A DNA stretch of 64,000 bases from Dictyostelium discoideum (Eukaryota), in the NCBI GenBank assembly GCA_000004695.1, contig CM000150.2, positions 4,800,001 through 4,864,000 on the forward strand. Direction: 5' to 3'. This document shows, piece after piece, positions 49,685 to 64,000 of the stretch; positions within the stretch are counted from its first letter, which is position 1, and the number at the start of each line of letters is the position of its first letter. Below the pieces are notes generated by a model. That model ran no database searches. It was not told the DNA's origin and saw only the letters and a list, made by a program, of their open reading frames with translations. The translations under genes and the position numbers were made by a program.

Positions 49685-50344
49685 ATGGAAAAGTATGTCA
49701 TTTATTACATTGAGATATCATGTATCTCTATTATTTTCATCATTTATCCATGTCAATCCATTATCAATCTTATCAATCTTTATCAATCTTTATCAAACCT
49801 TAAACTAACATTATTTATTTTTTAGGATTTACTCAAAAGGTGTCGTTTTAGGTTACAGAAGGTAAGTGGATATAATTATAGGTTATGAAATAAAATATCA
49901 ATCCCAATCAAATTATAAAGACAACAAAACAAAAGCAAAAGAGGATAGAGGAGAGAGCTTATAGAAAAGAGAAAAGAGAGAGAGGATTTTACAAAGAGGA
50001 GGGAGAGAGGATTGATTATAGAAAGTAAAGAGAGAGGATATTAATTCAAACCTACTTTTTTTTATATTAGATCACAAGCTACTCAATACCCAAACATCAG
50101 TTTAATCAAAATTGAAGGTGTTGTCTCACGTGAAGATTCAACTTTTTATTTAGGTAAAAAAGTCTGTTTAGTCAGCAAAGTTTCCAAATCAGCCAAAAAC
50201 CCAACTGGTCACAAAATTTCATGGGGTAAGATTTGCAAAACCCACGGTAGTTCAGGTGTTGTCCAAGCTCGTTTCGCCAGAAACCTCCCACCAAAAGCTA
50301 TGGGTGCCCCAGTCAGAGTTATGTTATACCCATCAAACATCTAA
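49685..50344 (+). CDS. rpl35a: 60S ribosomal protein eL33 (L35a). Exons 49685..49692, 49826..49861, 50071..50344.
   Basis: Exons 2 and 3 give IYSKGVVLGYRR|SQATQYPNISLIKIEGVVSREDSTFYLGKKVCLVSK...VRVMLYPSNI*, collinear with human RPL35A (RLWSKAIFAGYKRGLRNQ...IRVMLYPSRI). The ATGGAAAA micro-exon with a GTATGT donor is an inference and is the least certain part. Confidence 0.8.
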
Positions 50345-51385
50345 ATAAATCTTTAAAACGAAAAAAAAAATTATTTGAAAAAAACACCTTTATCTATCTC
50401 TTTTTTTTTTACAGATAAATTTATACTATTCAATTTTATTTATAATTTTTTTTTGTTATGGTTTTTAAAAATTATCTATAAATGTATATATAAATATTTT
50501 ATTTTAAAAATTGTCTATATGATATATTTATATAGTTAATTCCATTTGTAAATTCCGATTTCTTTAATCACCATTAATAAATTAATTTAGTAATTTGTAA
50601 AGTATAAATGTAATGGTTGGAATGTATTAAATATTTTTTTATTTTTTTTTATTTTATTTTAAAATATCCAATAATTTCTGAAATTCAGGGAGTAGATATA
50701 TATATATATATATATTTATAAATATCGATTAGTTGAAATTTTATTCAAATTATTTAAAATGTTTTTTACAGATATTACCAACATTTTTTTTTTTTTTTTT
50801 TAAAAAAAAAAAATAAATAAAAATGAAAATAATAAAAAATTTTAAAGATTTCCTACTCATTGGAGGTGTGTGTGTTTGAGCATGTGTTTATTATTTTTTC
50901 AAATTATTTTGTATGAGTTTTTAAAATAATTTTTTATTTTATTTTTTTTTTATTTTTTTACTAATTGCAATTTTGTAAAAATTTGTGTTAGTTTATTATT
51001 ATTTTTATTATTATATTTAATTTGTAGTATGTGACAGTGGTAAATGGGGGTTAATTTCCATTATAATTTATTTGTGAAAGAAAAAATAAAATCGTTAGGT
51101 ACTTTATCTGATCACAAACTACGTAATAAATATTTACTTTTTAATACATATCATAATTTGAATTTATTTTTAATTATTTTTATTAATATTTTTTTTTTTA
51201 TACACACTAAATCTCTCTCTCAAACCAAAAATTTTTTTTTTTTTTTTTTGATAACATATTAAAAAAACTAAAAAAAAAAAAAAAATATAAATAGAACTTT
51301 TTTTTTCCCTTCATTTTCATTAACCAAAAAAAAACAATTAACTATTAAACAAAAAAAATCAAAAAATCAAAATAATTTTTACAAA

Positions 51386-51959
51386 ATGAAAGTTTTAAAT
51401 ATATCATTTTTAGTTTTAATAATATTTTTTATTACACCATTAATTTTTTCTCAAGAATCAACTGCTCCACATTTCTTTTTTGTAAGTTTTAATTATTATT
51501 TCAATTTTTAATTTCTTTTTTCTAAACAAAATTTTTAATTTTCCAAAAAAAAAAAAAATATATAAATATATATTTTTATATAATCATAATTTTTAGGGAT
51601 CATTGGTAATTACACGTAAAGATCATTCAACTAATCAAATAAAAGCATTGGTATTGAATTTAAATTCTGGAACATTAATTAATTCTGATCATACAAGATT
51701 CCAAGTTTCAAAAGAAGATCTTGATAAGGTTGTAGAATTATTAAAGAAATTAGATATTTCAGGTGGTTCGTTAGATTTAAGAGATTCATCTTTACCATCT
51801 CAATATGATTATTTCATGGCAAATACTCAATTTGGAAAATCAATCATTTGGCAAGATGGTACTGAAGGTGATAATGAAATTCTTACTGAAGTTGAGGGTT
51901 ATTTCGATTCCTTTGCATCACAAAAGAATGCTGAAAATATTTTAAGAGGTGGATATTAA
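51386..51959 (+). CDS. Small secreted protein, about 153 aa, with a signal peptide and unknown function. Exons 51386..51481 and 51597..51959.
   Basis: Exon 1 MKVLNISFLVLIIFFITPLIFSQESTAPHFFF ends at GTAAGT. An acceptor TTTTAG joins it in phase 0 to ORF 51603..51959. Confidence 0.5.
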
Positions 51960-52184
51960 AGTTTTAAACTTTAATATTAATTTATTTTTTAATTAATTAT
52001 TTTATTTATAAAAAAAAAAAAAAAAAAAAAAATCATTTATATTTAATATATCAGTTACCATCACTTATCATCGCTTAACATTACAATAAAATAAAAATAA
52101 AAATAAAATAAAATAAAATTTATTTGAAAAATAAATTCAAATTTTTTTAATATGTACATTTTTTTTTTTTTATTTTTTTTTTTT

Positions 52185-52947
52185 TTAAGATTGAGATAAT
52201 TGTTGAAAATTAGTTTTAATTTGTTTTGAAAATTGATTTGAAATGAATAATAATTGTCCATTTGGTAAATAACTATTTAATAGTAATAGTATTTCATCTG
52301 ATCTTGGTAAAATATCCATTGGATTTATAGTTTTAGTTATTGTAGTTTTAAAAATATCAACAATTGCATTACTGAATAATGTTAAAAAGTTTGAAGCTAA
52401 TAATCTATTTTCATCATCTTCACATACGATTGTAAAACATACTCTATACATATAAATAAATATTAGAATATTTTTCATTTTTTTTATTTTTTTTTTCAAA
52501 AAAATCTAAAATTTACCCTAATATTTTTTTCCATATACAATATTTTGAAGTTGTTACATAAATTGAAGGATCATTTAAATTATCATCATTTTTTAAATAA
52601 TTATTTATTTGTTTATTTGGTATAATTCTAAAAATACCTTCTTTTGAACTATTTTCACCTCTAATATCAGTGAAATTTACATTGTTTCTTTGAGAATAAG
52701 AGAATGCCCAATCAGGAAATTGTTTTTCATCTGGTTTGGTATTTTCACATTGAAATTTGAATGAATAATCTTTAATAACTTTTTCAATAATTGAATTTTG
52801 TCTCTTTATAAAATCTTTATTATTCCCTTCTGATGTATAAAATTGTGATAAATAAACAATTGGTTGTTGTTGTGGCTGTTGTTGTTGTGGTTGTTGTTGT
52901 TGAAAATTTGTATTGTCAATTGAATGGATTATAAAAGCATATACCAT
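52185..52947 (-). CDS. Hypothetical protein, about 229 aa, with a possible longin/roadblock-like fold. Exons 52517..52947 and 52185..52443.
   Basis: Two adjacent minus-strand ORFs are joined by a 73-nt GTAAAT...TATAG intron in phase 2 (…WKKILG|VCFTIVCEDDENRLL…). The composition is coding-like, but I have no confident homolog. Confidence 0.45.
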
Positions 52948-53211
52948 TATATGTTTACTAATATATAAAACCCTGTGAATATTTACAATTACTGGGATCT
53001 GGATTCCAAAAACAAAAAAAATAAAAAAAAAATAAAAAATTGAAAAAAAAAAAAAAATAAAAAAATAAAAAAAAAATAAAAAAAAAAGTTTTAATTTTTT
53101 ATTTTATTTTATTTTATTAGTTGATAAGTTTGTGTATAAAAATAAACCATAGTTATTAATAATAAACCACAATTAATAATTCTGGTATTTACACATGTAT
53201 GTATTATTAGG

Positions 53212-53244
<33 letters not shown>

Positions 53245-53470
53245 TTAATAAAAAATAAATTATTAATTCTTTTTTTAAAAAAAAAAAAAAAAAAAAATCT
53301 TTAATTTCGTTTTCACCCCAAACACCTTTGCATTAAAATTAAAATAAAAATAAAAATAAAAATAAAAATAAAAAAAAAAAAAAAAAAAACTATCACACCA
53401 AAAATTTCTCTTATAGTTTCATTAAAAAAAAAAAAGAAAAGATCAACAACTATAAAACATTTACACAAAT

Positions 53471-54063
53471 ATGTCAGATAAATTAAAAAGTAATAAGAAG
53501 TTAGAAGGAGAAACCTTTATGAAAGAGGGTGATAAATTGTAAAGAAAACCAATCATTTTTTTACTCCTCCAAAAAAACATATTACATTATATTAATTTTT
53601 TTTATTATTAAAATTTATTATTATTATTATATTTTAGATCAAAAACAAATATATTCAGATGGAAGGCAGATTGGGATAGTGCAGCACTTGCATATGAAAA
53701 AGCTGGTATGTTTGTTTTTTTTTACCCTTTTCCATTTATAATTTATTTTTAGGATTTAGTTATTCTAACATTATTATTATTGTTTTTTTTTTTATAAATA
53801 AAGCTAATGCATTTAGAAGTGCAAAAATATATGATAGTGCAAAATATTGTTTCCTTAGATTATCATTATGTCAAACTCATATGGATGTTTATTATTTAGC
53901 AGCTAAAAGTATGGAAAATGCATCAGCAATGGCAAAGGAATTAAAAGAGACTCAAGAATGTGCAAATTTATTATTAGAATCATGTAAACTCTATAGAACA
54001 AATGGTAATAGTTTTCAAGCTGCTGATACAATGACAAAAGCTGCAAAGTATTTATTTTATCTT

Positions 54064-54117
<54 letters not shown>

Positions 54118-54871
54118 ATTTATAAACCTAATTCAAATTCTAATTTTTATTTGTTTATTTGTTTATATTATAGATTATTAGAAGATATAGATTTAAATCA
54201 AACAATTAAATTATTAACAGATGCATGTGAATTATTTGAATTGGATGATAAGGATCATTTTTCAGGTGATACATTTAAACAAACTATATCAATGTTATTA
54301 AAGCATAAGAAATATACAGAAGCAGTTGACTTAATGATTTTACAAAATAGAGTATTTGTTAAATTGGAACAAAATCATGATCTTCATAAATCATGTCTTA
54401 GTGTTATCACCATTTCATTAGCAACTGATGATATTGTTGCATCAAAGAAATATTATGAACAATTTTTAGATTATCCAAGTTTTATTCACAGTCAAGAGGG
54501 TACAACTGCTCAAGAATTAATTACTGCTTTTGATAATCATGATGTAGATGGTGTAAAGAAAATCGTTTCAAGACATATTTTCAATTTCTTGGATAATCAA
54601 GTATGTTATTATTATTATTTTTTTATTTTCTATAATTCTAAATTTTCAAATTGTCTTATTATTTATTTTATTTTTTTTATATTTTTTTTTTTTAATATTA
54701 TAGGTTGCCAAGATTGCAAAGAATTTATCTATCTCAAAAGATTCTCTTAATCCAACTATTAATTCAACAGCTCCACAACAACAATATAGCAATACTACTA
54801 CCACCACCACAAATAACACTAACAACAATAATCCTACTAGTCAACAAGATGATGATGAAGATGTCCTTTAA
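53471..54871 (+). CDS. Gamma-soluble NSF attachment protein (gamma-SNAP). Exons 53471..53538, 53638..53705, 53804..54047, 54174..54600, 54704..54871.
   Basis: Spliced N-terminus MSDKLKSNKKLEGETFMKEGDKL|SKTNIFRWKADWDSAALAYEKAG|ANAFRSAKIYDSAKY...matches human NAPG (KYLKTGFLKWKPDYDSAASEYGKAAVAFKNAK). TPR-like helices continue through exons 4 and 5. All five exons are phase-consistent with GT...AG introns. Confidence 0.85.
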
Positions 54872-54886
54872 ATTCAAAGTAATAAT

Positions 54887-54918
<32 letters not shown>

Positions 54919-56011
54919 AATTAGAAGTTCACATATTTTCATATTTTTAAAATCTATTTTTATTTTTTTAAAAGTTTTATTTCAATTCAATATTTTACAA
55001 TAAAAATAAAAAAAAAAAGAAAATACATAGATATTAATTAAAATATAATATAATAAGATCTTTTTTTTAAAATTGGAAATCTCTTTGTGTTTGAATTAGA
55101 ATTTTGAATAATAAATTTTTTTTTTTAATTTTAACAAATCATCTAATATATTTAAGAAAATTTTAATATATTTTTTTCTCTCAAGTGTTCCCACCAAAAA
55201 CACCCAAATGAGCACTCAAATGGCTACCTAAATAATGACAACCCAACCAATTTGAGTTGCTCGCTTTTAATTAACTCCATACACTGTTTTACATGTTATT
55301 TTGACAACAGTTGTGGGTTTATTATTTCCAATTTTAATAGCTACCTTGTAAACGATAAATTCACCATTAAAAAATTTCTTTAAGTTTTCAACTTTTTATG
55401 TAATATAATTCCATTCGTTATCCCCAATTTATCTAAATGTTTCTGTAAATATAGGGCCATCTCCATTCATTTTGGCATTTTTACCAACCACTGCCACTTT
55501 GTTAAGTGTTACTACTACTTCTGCCACAACTAGATTATTCAATATTCTTTTTACCCAACACCGTCTAGATAAATTATGTTATATTGAAAACCATTTACAC
55601 ACAGGGTTGAATGATAATCACCTGCTTAAACTTAAATAATAATTATTTTTATTAAATTTTGCTTTCTTTTTCATTTTCTTCAATTGTATTATCTGAAGCT
55701 GTAGTGGTTGTAGTGGTAGTAGTTGAAGTGGTTGTAGATGTTGTTGTAGATGTATTATCTTTATCTTGTTGAGTTGAAGATTTTTAATCCATATTCATTT
55801 TATTATATGTTGTAAAATTAAATTGATGTGTTGGGTGAAAAATATATTGGATTTGCAAGTTTTCATTTTTTTTTTTTTCATTTTTTTTTTTTCTTGGAGA
55901 AATTTTTTTTTTTTTAAAATTACAACAATGGTTTATTTTTATTTTTATTTTAATTATTTTTAGTTTTCTATGATTTTTTATATAATAAATTAAATAGTAG
56001 AAAATATATTT

Positions 56012-56057
<46 letters not shown>

Positions 56058-56091
56058 GTTTTTTTTGATTTTCTTTTTTTGATATTACCTT

Positions 56092-56685
56092 CTATCTCTT
56101 CATTGGAGGTGCAGGTGCTTGACGAGCACCAACTGGTGGAGGAGCCTTGAAAGATGGTGGAGCTGGTTTACTGGCAACTGGTGGTGGGGCTTTGAAAGAT
56201 GGTGGAGCTGGTTTACTGGCAACTGGTGGTGGAGCTTTAAAAGATGGTGGAGCTGGTTTACTGGCAACTGGTGGTGGGGCTTTAAAAGATGGTGGAGCTG
56301 GTTTACTGGCAACTGGTGGAGGTGGTGAAGCAGTATTTTTGGCAATTAATGGTGGTGGAGGCTTCTTCAAAGGTGAGGAAGTTGGTGGAGCAGGAGCTGG
56401 TGATTGCTTGGCAATTAATGGTGGTGGACCTCCTGCCTTTTTCAAACCACCTGGTGATGGTGTAAACATACCCATTGGTGGACCTCCCATTCCCGGTCTT
56501 GGCATTCCGCCTCCGCCACCTCCGCCAGATTTATCAGCTTGTAAAACTGGCTTTGATTTATCTACTGTTACAGTTTTTTTTAATTTTGCACCTTTTTGAA
56601 TTGAATTTAATAATGCACCTCTTTCAGCTGTTTTAGGTGGGGCTGGGGCCACTGGAGCTGGTGGTGGTGGTGGTGGTGGTGGCAT
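56092..56685 (-). CDS. WIP/verprolin-like protein, 197 aa, with an N-terminal WH2 actin-binding motif plus proline-rich repeats.
   Basis: MPPPPPPPPAPVAPAPPKTAERGALLNSIQKGAKLKKTVTVDKSKPVL matches the WIP/verprolin N-terminus (…GRNALLSDISKGKKLKKTVTNDRSAPIL). It is followed by a poly-Gly stretch and four perfect ASKPAPPSFKAPPPV units encoded by perfect 45-nt DNA repeats. Confidence 0.7.
   Translation of the reverse strand: MPPPPPPPPAPVAPAPPKTAERGALLNSIQKGAKLKKTVTVDKSKPVLQADKSGGGGGGGMPRPGMGGPPMGMFTPSPGGLKKAGGPPPLIAKQSPAPAPPTSSPLKKPPPPLIAKNTASPPPPVASKPAPPSFKAPPPVASKPAPPSFKAPPPVASKPAPPSFKAPPPVASKPAPPSFKAPPPVGARQAPAPPMKR
56160..56340. repeat. Four perfect tandem 45-nt repeats, each encoding one ASKPAPPSFKAPPPV unit of the WIP-like protein.
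   Basis: Identical 45-mers are visible directly. They produce spurious ORFs in several frames on both strands. Confidence 0.9.
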
Positions 56686-57326
56686 AGTTTTTTTTTAAAA
56701 ATTTATAAAATATAAAAAATGTCTAAACTAAATTTAAAATTATTTATTTTTATTTATTTGTATATATAAATAAATAAAAAATTATCTTTTTAATATTAAA
56801 AATTAAAATATTGATTTATATTTGGATTTTTTTTTTTTTTATAAATGTAAAAAGAAAAAAAAAATTTAATAAAAAAAAAAATTGATTGCTTTTTTTTTTT
56901 TTTTATAATAAAATTTGGTAATTAAGATATTTTTGGTGCGTGATTATTTGAAAAAAAAAAAAAAAAAAATCCAAAAAAAAAAAAAAAAAAATCCCAAAGA
57001 AAAAAAAAAATCAATTTAATAAATGTTTAAATCCATTATTTAAATAATTAACCCAAAAAAAAAGAGTTATATTTAGAAAAAAAAATAGTTTTTGACAATT
57101 GTATAAAAAAAAAAATAAATTGGATTTAAACATTTTTAAAAGTTTTACCACTTTTTGTTTCAAAACTTCTCAAAGGCAAACTATCCAAAAATAATTTTAT
57201 GAGTATAAAAAATAAATAAATATTTGTATATAATGATTAATTTTTGCAAATAACAAATTTTTTTTTTATTTATTTTTATTTTGATATGTTTAATAATAAA
57301 TAATAAATAATAAAAATAAATTATGA

Positions 57327-60262
<2,936 letters not shown>

Positions 60263-60700
60263 ATGGATATGACTTTGTTTTTTTTTTTTTCTTTTTTTTG
60301 TTTTTTTTTTTTTATTTTTTTTTTTTTTTTTGTCTGTGCCTGTTGTTAATAAAGTTGGTTTTAAAAAAAAAAATAAAAAAAAATAAAAAAAAAATTAATA
60401 AGGTTAAAATTTAAAAAAAAAAAATAAAAAAAAAATAAAATAAAAAATAAAAAAAAAAAAAACAAATAAAAAAAAATAAAAAAAAAAAAAAAAAATAAAA
60501 AATAAAATAAAATAAAAAAAAAAAATATTTTTAAAAAAAAATTTGGAATAAAAATAGAAAATTAATTAAAAAATTAATGCAACATTTTATTAATACCTTC
60601 ACATTTTAGAAATATCAACTGTTGACATTTAAATTTGTCACCAATCAAAAAAAAAAAAAAATTTAATATTTATAAAAAAATTAATAATTAAAGTAAACTA

Positions 60701-60731
<31 letters not shown>

Positions 60732-61575
60732 TTGATTTTTATTTTTTATTTAAACAGTTGAATAAATATTAAATTAAAATTATTGTTTATAATTTAAGTT
60801 ATTTTATTAATTTGATGATGGAAAATAACAATTTAAATATCTCTTTTATCTGTGAAATTCTGCTGGAAAATTAATTTGCGATACCTCATTTAAACCTATA
60901 AAAAATCCATATAATTAAATGGCCCTATATTTATATAACTTTGATGAATGAATTAATTTATTTTGGACAAAAAATTAAAAACATTTAATAACCTAAAAAT
61001 TTAATAAACTAAGAATTTATTATTTTTTTTTTTTTTCATTCTTTTTCATTTTCTTATTTTTATTATTTTAATTTGACGCATTATCACACCATCACAAAGG
61101 GGGGTCTTGTTTAATAATATTATTTTTTTTTTCTTTTTTTCTTTTTTATTTTTTTTTTTTATTGTTTTTTTTTTTTTATTTTTATTTTTATTTTTATTTT
61201 TATTTATTTTTTTTTTTTTTTATAATTTTTTTTTTTTTATTTTTTTTTTATATTTTTTTTTTCTTTGTTAAGTGAAAATTGAAAAAAAGAAAGTAAAAAA
61301 AAAAAAATAAAAACAAAAAAAAAAAAAAAAAAAGGTGATAAGTCTTTTTTTTATTATTATAATTTTTTTTTTTTTAAAAATATATATTTATATACACATT
61401 ATATAAAAAGGTAAATATCATACATCAATAATCTATTATATCATATCGACATTATTTAAATAGTTTAAACTATTCTTTACACATATTTTAAACTCGAGCG
61501 ATAGTAAATATTTATTTGTGTGTATTTTAAAAAAAAAAAATGAAAAATGCTCAAAAAAAAAAAAATTAATTATTT

Positions 61576-61640
61576 TTACAATTTTTTATTTTATTTTATT
61601 TTATTTTATTTTATTTTATTTTATTTTATTTTATTTTATT
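61576..61640. repeat. (TTTTA)n intergenic microsatellite of about 13 units.
   Basis: Visible directly. Confidence 0.9.
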
Positions 61641-62032
61641 TTATTTTATTTTTTTATTATTATTTTATTCATTCACAATTTTATTTATTTTCATTTTTTT
61701 TTATTTTATTTTATTTTGTTACTATAATTGTATCATTAAACAATAAAATATTTAAATAATTATATATATGGGAAATTAGGTTTTATCAATTTTCAAAAAT
61801 AAAAAAATAAAAAAATAAAAAAATAAAAAAATATATAAATATAATAATAATAAATAATAATACAACTTAATATCATAACCATAATCGTAGATTGTGCCAA
61901 TCACAACGACACAAAGTGTCATTTTATTTTTAATTTTTATTTTTTTTAATTTTTTTTTTTTTTTTTTTTTTTCAATAATCCATTTCGTGCATGGCAAAAT
62001 AAAGGGGTTGTTGTTCCCAATAATAATCTTCA

Positions 62033-62085
<53 letters not shown>

Positions 62086-62382
62086 TAAAATTGTTTTGAC
62101 TTTTCAGTTGATTGAGATATTTTTGATTCGCACAAAAAAAGAAAATAAAAAAATATAAAAAAATAAAAAAAAATAAAAAAAAATAAAAATACTAATTTTT
62201 TTTTTTTTTTTTTTTATTCGGGTTCAAAATTTTTTTTTTTTTTTCAAAGTTTACATATAACAAATAACAACAACAATACATTTTACATATATATTTAGAA
62301 TATTCAAAATTTCTTATCGATACCCTTTATATATATACAGTTTTACAATATTGTTGTAAAATTAAGTCAGATACAAACAAGA

Positions 62383-62620
62383 ATGAATATAAATCAAATT
62401 ATGTCTCTTTTTGTTTGTTTTTGTTTATTTTCGTCAATATACTTAATAAATACTGTTCATTCACAAGGACCTTTCCCATATAATACTACTGAGGGTTGTT
62501 CGATGAATGGTTTAAATGCAAGTTATATTGAAAGTGGTCTTTATCCACCTGTAAGTAGAGGAGAATAAAATAAAATAAAATAAAATAATTTTGTTAATTT
62601 TTTTAAGCAAAAAGTATTAA

Positions 62621-62658
<38 letters not shown>

Positions 62659-64000
62659 TATCATAATCAAATTTTAGCTCCAGGTACATGCCAATATTCA
62701 CATCCAGAATATTCAGAAACATCATGTTGTACAAATGGTCAAACACTTGTTTTATTATCAAACATGGTAATGGGATCTGCAGTATTTGCACGTTGTCCAG
62801 CATGTTTATTTAATGTATGGGATTTGTGGTGTGCATCATCATGTTCACCATATCAACAATCATTTATGGTACCAACAAGTATCGATAGTAAAACAGGACA
62901 AATCTTAAGCGTTGATTTCGTCATTCATCCCGATTACGCTTGGGGTTTATATAATTCATGTAGTGGTGTAAATTCAGATGGTGCACCACCTTTTGGTACA
63001 ATTTTTCATACACCTCAAGATTTTTTTAGTGGTATCTTTGCACTTAATCCAGCATTTTCAATCAATTGGGTTTTCAATGAAACAGGTTATATAAGTCCAA
63101 CTGCTCCATGCGCTGAATCTTGTTCATGTGATCAATGTGGTGATGCTTGTGGTCCACCACCTACTGTTGGTGAAATTGGTTTATTTAATAATTCTTTACC
63201 ACAAACTTATTTGTTTAATCATGAGTAAGTAGTATTTTTTTTTAAAAAAAAAAAAAAAAATCAAATGATTATCATTTTTAAATACTAAATTTAATTTTTT
63301 TTTTATTTATTTAATTAGAATTCCATTTTTATCAGTTTGGATGATTTGGACATTTATTATGTTTACATTAGTTTTAACATATGGTACTAGTATGGGATTA
63401 GTTTTATTTGGAAATGTAAAGTTTTTCGATTCAACTAAAGTAAAAGTAATAGCATCATTAGTTTTATCAATTTCATTTATTAGTGCAATTTTAATTCCAT
63501 TCATTTCTGGTAAAGTACCACTTCATGATAGTTCATGTCAATGGAAAATGCCATCCGATCAACTTTGGAATTGTTCATTAGCTTTGGGTGTTGGAATTTA
63601 TGAGCTTATTACTTTTATTTTCTTATTTGTCATCTCAATTGTTATCATTGTTCTTTATCATATTGGTTCAAATAATCGTCCAATTCCAGGTTCCTCTTCA
63701 AATGCCTCAGTTGTATATGATGCATTAATTTCTTCCAATAGTAGTAATAATGATAATAGTAATAGCAATAACAATGAACAACAACAACAACAACCATCAA
63801 CAATTATTCAAAGATTCTTTTATTGGTATGGTCATAAAGTTGCATCAAAACCACTTATTGTAATTTTAATTTGTATTATAATAACAGCAGGTTTAGGTAT
63901 TGGTATTATAAAATTAGAAATTGAACAAGATCCAGTAAAATTATGGGTTGCACCAGATAGTAGAGCAGCATTAGATAAAACTTATTTCGATAATAATTTT
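62383..64000 (+). CDS. Niemann-Pick C1 (NPC1)-like sterol transporter; only the 5' part is in the window. Exons 62383..62550, 62659..63224, 63319..64000 and onward.
   Basis: Signal peptide, then an NPC1 N-terminal domain (CCTNGQTLVLLSNMVMGSAVFARCPACLFNVWDLWCASSCSPYQQSF against human [47 protein letters not shown], and CSCDQCGDACGPPP against CSCQDCSIVCGPKP). TM1 and the start of the SSD-type region follow (VKLWVAPDSRAALDKTYFDNNF against [22 protein letters not shown]). Introns are GTAAGT...AAAG and GTAAGT...TTAG. The reading frame is still open at position 64000. Confidence 0.85.

Noticed and set aside
55640-55790. An open minus-strand frame …KSSTQQDKDNTSTTTSTTTST…EENEKESKI* that could be a 3' exon of the WIP-like gene.
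   Set aside because: The WIP-like ORF has an in-frame TAG at 56092 just before any usable donor, and I could not find a phase-compatible GT...AG pair. It is kept only as a question in the findings.
56100-56599. ORFs 56100..56345 (-), 56119..56328 (+) and 56147..56599 (+) that overlap the WIP-like gene.
   Set aside because: They are frame or strand shadows caused by the perfect 45-nt repeats and the GC-rich poly-Pro and poly-Gly codons. The minus frame with the WH2 motif and the ATG is the coding one.
63307-63504. Minus-strand ORF 63307..63504 inside NPC1.
   Set aside because: It is antisense to the well-supported NPC1 exon 3 and has no independent support.

Overview
This is eukaryotic nuclear DNA, almost certainly from a dictyostelid social amoeba (Dictyostelium discoideum-like). 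Three things visible in the sequence support that. AT content is very high, with long poly(dA) and poly(dT) intergenic deserts. Coding regions carry (AAT)n, (CAA)n and (GAT)n microsatellites that become poly-Asn, poly-Gln and poly-Ser tracts. Introns are short (70-150 nt), start with GTAAGT-type donors and end in AG after AT-rich sequence. There are no prokaryotic features (no CRISPR, operons or RBS). I reconstructed 23 protein-coding genes, many of which the six-frame ORF track shows only as split pieces. Left to right they are: an FAD-linked D-lactate dehydrogenase (3 exons); a SCY1-like pseudokinase/HEAT-repeat protein, SCYL2-type, whose 5' exon is not in the ORF track; a PH-domain fused to a TNFAIP8/TIPE-like domain; a DUF4419 protein; a roughly 2100-aa PHD-finger plus SET-domain protein made of two large ORFs joined by an 81-nt intron; MIC60/mitofilin; a TLC-domain membrane protein; a USP-type deubiquitinase (5 exons); a secreted protein of about 1050 aa built from 24-residue Cys-rich Dictyostelium CTDC repeats (4 exons, 216-bp DNA super-repeat); DNA topoisomerase II (2 exons); a 785-aa hypothetical protein; a sucrase/ferredoxin-like (Apd1/Aim32-type) thioredoxin-fold protein; a BOR1/SLC4-family anion transporter; two tandem intronless histone H3 variant genes; the NIMA-related kinase Nek2 (4 exons); ribosomal protein eL33/L35a (3 exons with an ATG-only micro-exon); a small secreted protein; a 229-aa hypothetical protein; gamma-SNAP (5 exons); a short WIP/verprolin-like WH2 plus poly-proline protein with perfect 45-nt repeats; a 946-aa E3 ligase that combines an RBR-type RING1-IBR module with a MYCBP2/Highwire-type RING plus tandem-cysteine (RCR) module; and the 5' part of an NPC1 (Niemann-Pick C1) gene that runs off the window end. 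I found no tRNA or rRNA gene and no clearly intact transposon. All coordinates are reasoned by hand from the sequence, so splice junctions may be off by 1-2 nt.
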